64,000 nucleotides of DNA from Candidatus Nitromaritima sp. SCGC AAA288-L16 (GTDB lineage Bacteria > Nitrospinota > Nitrospinia > Nitrospinales > VA-1), in assembly GCA_000372225.1 (NCBI GenBank), contig AQTY01000001.1, forward strand, positions 83,272 through 147,271. The letters run 5' to 3'. The translations under genes and the position numbers were made by a program. Below the pieces are notes generated by a model. The model had not been told where the DNA came from and did no database searches. It worked only from the letters and a program-made list of their open reading frames with translations. The number at the start of each line of letters is the position of its first letter. Positions within the stretch are counted from its first letter, which is position 1. Shown here one piece after another: positions 57,565 through 64,000 of the stretch.

Positions 57565-60105
57565 ATGAATCTCTTCAACCTAACGACTTTTAAATTCTAC
57601 GGTATATTTATTTGCGTAATCCTACAAGGGACTATTTCTGGTTGCACTACGATACAAAATATCATAAACCCCATTAGTGATACCTTAAGTAGGACGATTA
57701 AACCTGAAACCAATAAGACTTTTAGTAGTGCTAAAAAACTGGCCTCAATCTTAGGTATTAAGTCATCTTCCAACCGTGACTTACGCTTTGCGCTACAACA
57801 ATTTAATCAGAGTAATTTTGAAGTCGCAGAGTTTTACCTAAAAAAAACACTGGTAAAGTTTCCCGGTAATCCAATAGCGATGAAACTTTTACCTTGGGCC
57901 TATTTTTATCAAAAGCAGTATGACAAGGCCTTAACAACCTTCAAACGAACTAAAGCTCTCAACAGAAAAAACCCAGAACCATCAATTGGTATGGGATGGT
58001 GCTACTTCGCCTTAAGAAGGTACGACCGTGCAATAGAACAATTTGAATATGCAAAAAAACTTGATGGAGATAATTATCAAATTAATAAGGGGGAAGGGTT
58101 TGCTGAACTAAAAATGAACAGGAAGTTAGAAGCAAAAAATAATTTCTCCAAAATATACAACCCATCTCAAATTAAGATCATTTTTGAGATATGGTCAACT
58201 TGGCATGAAAAAGATGTAGATGGGTTAATTGACATACTGCCGACTTCAACAGAATCGTTGTCATTATTCACACTTCCGATAGAATCCCCAAGATATCCAA
58301 GTTTATTGTTAGGCTTACCCAAAAATAAAGATCTGTCCATCGATCATGCATGGAACGCCTTTTGGAAAGGGCAATATAAAAAAGCCTCGGACTATTTTGA
58401 AAACACATCGGTGAATGCTGAGTCACCAGATGCAAAAAATGGATTAGCTTGGAGTCATTTAAAAAATAAAGAAATCAGAGAAGCTTCAATATTATTCAAA
58501 GAAATACTACAGACCTGGCCTAATTTCATTGGGGCTATTGAAGGAAAAAACGAGATTGAGAGCATAAAAAGAAGGCAGGCTATTCATGCTGACCACTACC
58601 TTGGCATAAATAAACTAGGCATCGCTGAAAAAAAATACAAAGAAATACAAAGTAGGTACCCTAACTGGCAATACCCACACACACAATTGGGAAAGTTAAA
58701 GTTAGCGCGGAAAGATTATTTATACGCACGCGATCACTTTTTGGATGCACTAGACCTCGCTCCAAATAATCCGGAAGCGAAAGCAGGAATCGACGAGGTA
58801 AGAAAAGTAACTGATTCAAACCTTTTTCAAGCCGATCAGAGTTTAAAATCTGGTGACTATAAAAAAGCCGCATTACTTTACGCTGAATATATTGAAGAAT
58901 ACAAACCAAATGCCAGCTCTTTTTTAAATATCGACAAAGCATTGTTCCAGTTAGGATTCATGGATGATCCTTGGAAAGAATATTCCGCAAAACAAAAGCC
59001 AATCGCCCAACCTATTTCATTTTTTTCCCAAGTGTTAAACAAAATTGGACTAGGAGATTCAAGTCCAAACAATATTTATCCTACTATACCATCCAGCAGC
59101 AGTTCTTTAGCACACGCATATAACGGACTTGGTTGGAGTCAATACTACAAAAAAAAATATTTACAGGCAGTTGAAAAATTTAAAATCGCTCGTACTGACC
59201 GGGAATATTTTCTAGATTCTTCTAGAGGCTTGGGCCTTGCACTTTATGAAGAAAGTCAATTTAAACAAGCCGCAAATAACCTTAAATTTGTAGTCAAATC
59301 AAATCCAGATCAGTTGAACCTAGCCTACAAATTAGACATGAGTATACTAATGAGCTGGGATGTTGCAAGTGCACGAAAATATTTCTTAAAAAATCTTGTT
59401 CATTACCCTCTAAGATCTTCCTTGTATATGGGGCTTGGTTGGCTGAATTACAAGGATAAGAATCCGGATTTAGGTATTGAATATTTTTTAAAAGCAATAT
59501 CGTTGGACCCAGAGTTTGCTTTAACTGACGAATTCAAAACTCTCCTAGCCAAAGAACGTTTTGGCTGGCAAATATATAATAAATTTGGCTGGGCATATTA
59601 TGAAAAAGATGATCATAAAAATGCGATCATAATGTTTCAAAATGCGTTAAAAGAGCAACCTAACAAATCAGAATCACGAAAGGGCATGGGATATACTTTA
59701 AATAAGGTAGGAAAACTATCTGAAGCTGTTAAATATTTGAAACAAGTATTGGAGCTAAATAATGATCCAAACCCAATCAAAGAAATTATCTCTGGGGAAA
59801 ATACTATTTCACCTTACTCAGCAACCACCACCACCCGTACCACACTAGGTAACATACTTCTAAAGCAGGGAAAACCGTACGAGGCAATCGCACTATTTAA
59901 AGATGAACTTGAACTTAGACCAAATTTAGCAGTCGCTCACGATGGACTTGGATGGTCATATCTCGAACTAAATCAACTCACGCAATCCCGTACCGCATTT
60001 AAAGCCGCTCTTAAAGCCCAACCGCTTAGCTATTTGACACACCAAGGCTTAAGAGAAGTTAAACAGAGAATTGCCAATATTAAATTAAGCCAGAATCCCT
60101 CCTAA
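57565..60105 (+). CDS. large TPR-repeat lipoprotein (846 aa)
   Basis: Lipobox TISGC. Many TPR-like units with a recurrent G(L/M)GW motif (IGMGWCYF, NGLAWSHL, NGLGWSQY, MGLGWLNY, DGLGWSYL) and A..Y..AL...P patterns. Confidence 0.75.
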   Translation: MNLFNLTTFKFYGIFICVILQGTISGCTTIQNIINPISDTLSRTIKPETNKTFSSAKKLASILGIKSSSNRDLRFALQQFNQSNFEVAEFYLKKTLVKFPGNPIAMKLLPWAYFYQKQYDKALTTFKRTKALNRKNPEPSIGMGWCYFALRRYDRAIEQFEYAKKLDGDNYQINKGEGFAELKMNRKLEAKNNFSKIYNPSQIKIIFEIWSTWHEKDVDGLIDILPTSTESLSLFTLPIESPRYPSLLLGLPKNKDLSIDHAWNAFWKGQYKKASDYFENTSVNAESPDAKNGLAWSHLKNKEIREASILFKEILQTWPNFIGAIEGKNEIESIKRRQAIHADHYLGINKLGIAEKKYKEIQSRYPNWQYPHTQLGKLKLARKDYLYARDHFLDALDLAPNNPEAKAGIDEVRKVTDSNLFQADQSLKSGDYKKAALLYAEYIEEYKPNASSFLNIDKALFQLGFMDDPWKEYSAKQKPIAQPISFFSQVLNKIGLGDSSPNNIYPTIPSSSSSLAHAYNGLGWSQYYKKKYLQAVEKFKIARTDREYFLDSSRGLGLALYEESQFKQAANNLKFVVKSNPDQLNLAYKLDMSILMSWDVASARKYFLKNLVHYPLRSSLYMGLGWLNYKDKNPDLGIEYFLKAISLDPEFALTDEFKTLLAKERFGWQIYNKFGWAYYEKDDHKNAIIMFQNALKEQPNKSESRKGMGYTLNKVGKLSEAVKYLKQVLELNNDPNPIKEIISGENTISPYSATTTTRTTLGNILLKQGKPYEAIALFKDELELRPNLAVAHDGLGWSYLELNQLTQSRTAFKAALKAQPLSYLTHQGLREVKQRIANIKLSQNPS

Positions 60106-60185
60106 CAAAAAAGACCGGTAAAAATGACAATAAACATGAAAGTGCCTACTAAAGTCATGCGGTTAAAAAAACTAAAAATCTTTTG

Positions 60186-60213
60186 TTGACACTTTTACAA
60201 AAAAAGTTATAAT
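60186..60213 (+). promoter_or_regulatory. orphan consensus sigma70 promoter (TTGACA-N16-TATAAT)
   Basis: TTGACA 60186-60191 and TATAAT 60208-60213, both perfect hexamers with a 16-nt spacer. It sits in the convergent intergenic region between the TPR gene and acs and points toward the acs 3' end. Confidence 0.4.
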
Positions 60214-60352
60214 TAGTAATTCATTGATATATAAGGATTTATTTCTCATGCATTTGGGGTAAGTCAGGTTTTTTTATTGCGAGATGCAAAAGGTAATGAA
60301 TCTCGTTGCCTCTAACTTCAAAGCGTATGATCTAATAAGATGCGAGAGATAG

Positions 60353-62329
60353 TTATTTTCTCACCATCTGATCATAAGTTGATTTTAGTGACCCCACAAC
60401 TGAAGGATCCGCTAGGGTAGAAATATCACCTAGTTTATCGGATTCGTTGGCAGCAATTTTACGCAGAATTCGCCTCATAATTTTTCCAGAGCGAGTTTTA
60501 GGAAGCCCAGGCGCCCAATGAATAATATCAGGAGCTGCGATAGGGCCGATTTCGTTTCGAACAAACAAGACTAGTTCCTTCCTTAACTCTTCATTTGATT
60601 CAACACCTGCCATCAATGTTACATAAGCATAAATACCCTGCCCTTTTATCTCGTGTGGGAACCCCACAACCGCAGCCTCGGCAACCTTATTGTGTAACAC
60701 TAAAGCCGATTCAACCTCGGCTGTGCCTATACGGTGACCTGAAACATTAATGACATCATCTACCCTACCGGTTATCCAATAGTAACCATCTTCATCTCGA
60801 CGGCAACCATCACCTGTGAAGTAGTATCCCGGATATAATCTAAAATAGGTTTCTTCAAAACGGTTATGATCTCCATAAATAGTACGCATCTGGCTAGGCC
60901 ATGGTTCTTCTATAGCGAGCACCCCCTCAACTCCATTCCCTTTTAAAACTTTCCCTGTTTCGGCTTCAATGACCACAGGTTTCACACCAAAAAATGGAAA
61001 GGTTGCAGAACCAGGTTTTGTAGGAGTGCAACCAGGTAATGGGGTTATAAGGATGCCCCCTGTTTCTGTCTGCCACCAAGTATCAACAATAGGACAGCGC
61101 CCTCTCCCAATATTATTGTGATACCATCGCCATGCTTCCGGATTAATAGGTTCACCCACTGAACCCAGCACCCTAAGTGTGGAAAGATCGTAATTACTAG
61201 GTACTTCTTCCCCATGGGACATCAGGGCCCTAATAGCTGTTGGTGCTGTATAAAACTGGGTTACCCTTAGGCGGTCAACCACGTCCCAGAATCTACCGGC
61301 ATCTGGATATGTGGGAATACCTTCAAACATAATAGTCGTTGCACCATTTGCTAAAGGGCCATAGACAATATAAGAATGGCCAGTGACCCATCCTATATCG
61401 GCAGTACACCACCAAATATCTCCATCGTGATAATCAAAAATATATTTATGCGTCAGTGAGGTAAAAACCATATAACCGCCCACATTATGCTGCACACCTT
61501 TTGGCTTTCCTGTTGAACCCGATGTATAAAGAATAAACAGGGGGTCTTCTGCATCCATCTGCTCGGGTTCACAGATAGGCTCGGCTGCCTTCATCTCATC
61601 ATGCCACCAATAATCACGACCTGATATCATTTCTGTTGAAATTTTTGATCCTACGCGCTCAACAACTATACAAGTTTTAACCTCCACCCCCTTTATTGCT
61701 GCCAATTTGATAGCTTCATCTGCATTAACTTTGACTGGTACAGGTTTTTTTCCACGAAAAGAGCCATCCGTAGTAATAAGGAAGGTACAACTGGAGTCAG
61801 TTATTCGATCCGCTAGGGAAGTTGAAGAAAAACCACCAAATACAATTGAGTGTATCGCCCCAATTCTTGCACAAGCTAACATTGCAATAGCCAATTCCGG
61901 AACCATAGGCATATAAATAGAGACGCGGTCACCTTTCAATACACCACGTCTTTTTAGGACGTTAGAAAAACGGCACACCTCAGAATGTAATTGATTATAG
62001 GTAAGAGAGCGATTTTCTCCTGGTTCATTCCCTTCCCATAAAATTGCTACCTGCTCACCCCTTGTCTCAAGATGGCGATCAATACAATTCATAGCTATAT
62101 TGGTTTTACCACCTTTAAACCACTCAATAGAAATACGTCCTTTCCGAACATCGTAGTTGAACTGGCGAACAGTATCCCATTTATCAAACCAAACAAACTT
62201 ATCAGCTTCCTCTGCCCAAAACCCATCAGGGTCATCTAAAGATCGTTGATACTTGTTTTTGTATTCACCCATACTTTTAATGAATGAATTGGAAGAAAAT
62301 ATTTCTGGAGGATTATAAGTTTCACTCAT
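60353..62329 (-). CDS. acs: acetyl-CoA synthetase
   Basis: [20 protein letters not shown], and the C-terminal [15 protein letters not shown] (regulatory Lys context). 658 aa. Confidence 0.95.
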   Translation of the reverse strand: MSETYNPPEIFSSNSFIKSMGEYKNKYQRSLDDPDGFWAEEADKFVWFDKWDTVRQFNYDVRKGRISIEWFKGGKTNIAMNCIDRHLETRGEQVAILWEGNEPGENRSLTYNQLHSEVCRFSNVLKRRGVLKGDRVSIYMPMVPELAIAMLACARIGAIHSIVFGGFSSTSLADRITDSSCTFLITTDGSFRGKKPVPVKVNADEAIKLAAIKGVEVKTCIVVERVGSKISTEMISGRDYWWHDEMKAAEPICEPEQMDAEDPLFILYTSGSTGKPKGVQHNVGGYMVFTSLTHKYIFDYHDGDIWWCTADIGWVTGHSYIVYGPLANGATTIMFEGIPTYPDAGRFWDVVDRLRVTQFYTAPTAIRALMSHGEEVPSNYDLSTLRVLGSVGEPINPEAWRWYHNNIGRGRCPIVDTWWQTETGGILITPLPGCTPTKPGSATFPFFGVKPVVIEAETGKVLKGNGVEGVLAIEEPWPSQMRTIYGDHNRFEETYFRLYPGYYFTGDGCRRDEDGYYWITGRVDDVINVSGHRIGTAEVESALVLHNKVAEAAVVGFPHEIKGQGIYAYVTLMAGVESNEELRKELVLFVRNEIGPIAAPDIIHWAPGLPKTRSGKIMRRILRKIAANESDKLGDISTLADPSVVGSLKSTYDQMVRK

Positions 62330-62353
62330 TTAATAAATCTCCTGAACAAGTCA

Positions 62354-62794
62354 TCATTTATTAGCAATTTTTTCATCTGCACCAATACTGCGGACGGCGC
62401 GAGCCGCCTCTGTTAAGGTCCACAATCCATCTGGTTGAGTATATTCTCCCGTGCGTAAATTCAGCACAAAGGTACGCATGCGGCCGCTCACTTGCTGCGC
62501 AATCACAGAAAACCCACCACCAGGAGAAAAAGAGTCACTTATATGGATGTTTTTTTCAAATTTATCTTTAATAGAATAAGATTTATTAAAAAGAGTATCC
62601 AGTTCTTCTCGAGAAGGTAATCGCCAATCACTGAATCCTGCAATTTTTGATTCACAAAGATTCCGTACGTAATCGACACTTTCCTGATAGTTGACCCATT
62701 TTTCCATATCATTCATACTATCTGTACGCATCCACATCAAACACGTCTCTTTATCAATAACAGTATGCTCTCCATCCAAAATAAATCGATCCAT
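62354..62794 (-). CDS. DUF1566 (Lcl C-terminal-like) domain protein
   Basis: CLMWMRTDS...W..A..Y...L...GFSDWRLPSREELDTLF. 24 nt upstream of acs on the same strand. Confidence 0.7.
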   Translation of the reverse strand: MDRFILDGEHTVIDKETCLMWMRTDSMNDMEKWVNYQESVDYVRNLCESKIAGFSDWRLPSREELDTLFNKSYSIKDKFEKNIHISDSFSPGGGFSVIAQQVSGRMRTFVLNLRTGEYTQPDGLWTLTEAARAVRSIGADEKIANK

Positions 62795-63007
62795 TTAAAT
62801 TATACTTACCCAATGATTATATAAATTAACAAAATAGCATTTTCACGAAAAGATATCAAAAAACTTACAATAGAGAGAAAGTAAACATAGTTATTTGTTG
62901 ATTAAATAATATTTAAACATCCCAGAAAAAAAATTATAATTTAAACAAAATAAAAGTATTCTATTGGATATAAAAACATCAGAATCAACAAATCTTCAAA
63001 TATTGAA

Positions 63008-63409
63008 ATGGCTTCTCCGCAATCTCCACAAATTATCCTGCCACATCTAAAATGGTCACTTGCTAGATTAAAAGAAGCAATAGAAAAAGAAGATACGGAT
63101 TACTATCGAGGGGCTGCTCTTCAACGGTTTAGCCTGACTTATGAAGTTGCGCTTAAAGCTATCCGCGCTTTCGCAAAACAAGAAGGAAAAATTTTTTCCT
63201 CTGATGAATCATGTTTCCAGTGGATAGAAGAAAAACAATGGTTTAAAAAAAAATCTGACTGGATCACAGTGATTCAAAACTACAAGAAAGTAAAAAAATT
63301 ACCCGAAGAAAAAATCAGGGATAACACTTACAACCAACTTCAAGCTCACTACGCTCTATTAGATTACATGAAAGAGTCCATGAGTATAGCATTGAATAAA
63401 ATTCTATGA
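63008..63409 (+). CDS. HEPN-fold nucleotidyltransferase substrate-binding protein (HI0074 family)
   Basis: LARLKEAIEKE..DYYRGAALQRFSLTYEVALKAIRAFAKQEG fits the HI0074-family pattern (RDAxIQRFExTxELxWK). ~130 aa. Confidence 0.65.
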   Translation: MASPQSPQIILPHLKWSLARLKEAIEKEDTDYYRGAALQRFSLTYEVALKAIRAFAKQEGKIFSSDESCFQWIEEKQWFKKKSDWITVIQNYKKVKKLPEEKIRDNTYNQLQAHYALLDYMKESMSIALNKIL

Positions 63410-63587
63410 GCTTGAAAAAAAACTTACAAGATAGCATCGGCTTTGCAACATAACAACTATCAGAGCAACAAAACATTGCAACAAAATGCCTAACGGAAAA
63501 TCTATTAGCATTATCGTTTTTCAGCGATAATAAACCTATGTCTAAAATAAATATAGCATCCAAAGTCAAAGCAATAACTAAAGTCTA

Positions 63588-64000
63588 ATGAGCAAATCTA
63601 ACTACACCTATTTCTCTAACGCTACAATTTTCCCCAGCTCTATCATAATTCTGATTCTAGTTGGAATATTTCTGCGTATACAGGAAATGGCCAGCCCTAT
63701 CACGGGCGACCTTGCAGGTATGCTATTCATGCATTTCCCAAATTCATGGGATTCTCTTTTACTTAATTACCAAGATACTAACCAAAGAACCCTATACATA
63801 CTATTGGCAAAATTATCTATGACCATATTTGGCGAAAATGAGTTCGCATTACGCCTTCCTGCTTTATTAGCTGGAACTCTTTCTCTACCACTAGCATATA
63901 AAGTTGGCGTTCTTACAACTGGCTCTCGATTAGGGGCTTTGATAGGCACGCTATTATTAACTTTTTCCTTTCCACACTTAATCCATATAAGAGAAGCTAA
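63588..64000 (+). CDS. ArnT/PMT-like (GT39/GT83-type) membrane glycosyltransferase, 5' partial (runs off the window)
   Basis: My own translation: MSKSNYTYFSNATIFPSSIIILILVGIFLRIQEMA...GENEFALRLPALLAGTLSLPLAYKVG. The NEFALRLPsaLaG..s.pl.Y pattern is typical of this family. Open to the window end, so it is absent from the ORF track. Confidence 0.55.
   Translation, partial: MSKSNYTYFSNATIFPSSIIILILVGIFLRIQEMASPITGDLAGMLFMHFPNSWDSLLLNYQDTNQRTLYILLAKLSMTIFGENEFALRLPALLAGTLSLPLAYKVGVLTTGSRLGALIGTLLLTFSFPHLIHIREA

Noticed and set aside
1-64000. Window-wide scan for CRISPR arrays, rRNA/tRNA/tmRNA/RNase P/SRP RNA signatures, IS inverted repeats and transposases
   Set aside because: I found no regularly spaced direct repeats, no conserved RNA signature strings (e.g. 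GGTTCGAATCC in cloverleaf context, GAGGAAAGTCC, GGAAGCAGCC) and no transposase-like ORFs. A covariance-model scan would be needed to exclude small ncRNAs.

Overview
AT-rich bacterial chromosomal segment (roughly mid-30s % GC by eye, not computed), densely coded with about 66 credible CDSs. All family calls come from motif recognition in the supplied translations; no searches were run.

The content is overwhelmingly housekeeping:
- a pyrimidine operon pyrR-pyrB-pyrC-carA-[unknown ORF]-carB, preceded by a promoter, a PyrR-type binding hairpin and a terminator (attenuator leader)
- nth, an MltD-like lytic transglycosylase, coaE, a class IV aminotransferase, cvpA-like, NUDIX, HNH, a GlcD-like FAD oxidase, a SirC-like gene, murJ, thrH, an M32 carboxypeptidase and eda
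- mgtE, then the classical yceD-rpmF-plsX-fabH-fabD-fabG-acpP-fabF-rnc block
- xerD-like, fbp, hisS, fur and acs

I see no rRNA, tRNA, CRISPR array, transposase/IS, prophage or recognisable defence island.

Nothing here is a clear-cut novel system. The candidates I rank highest are:
1. A tightly coupled AAA_5/MoxR-class ATPase plus a 608-aa partner that lacks the usual VWA/MIDAS signature (28012-30788).
2. A 442-aa protein made of an unknown ~350-aa helical domain fused to a complete HPr phosphocarrier domain (23671-24999).
3. A 290-aa coiled-coil ORF translationally coupled between carA and carB (7848-8720).
4. An isolated flagellar-type trio (FliL-like, FliK-like, and a free-standing FlhB C-terminal fragment lacking the NPTH cleavage site) embedded among housekeeping genes (17860-20817).
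5. An orphan consensus sigma70 promoter firing into the 3' end of acs, with mutually exclusive pairing segments (60186-60352).

Smaller observations cover a divergent FabI-like reductase, a Lys-less lipoyl/biotinyl-like domain, a GGATTC repeat cluster upstream of fur, a signal peptide encoded out of frame, and an orphan HEPN gene followed by a decayed reading frame.
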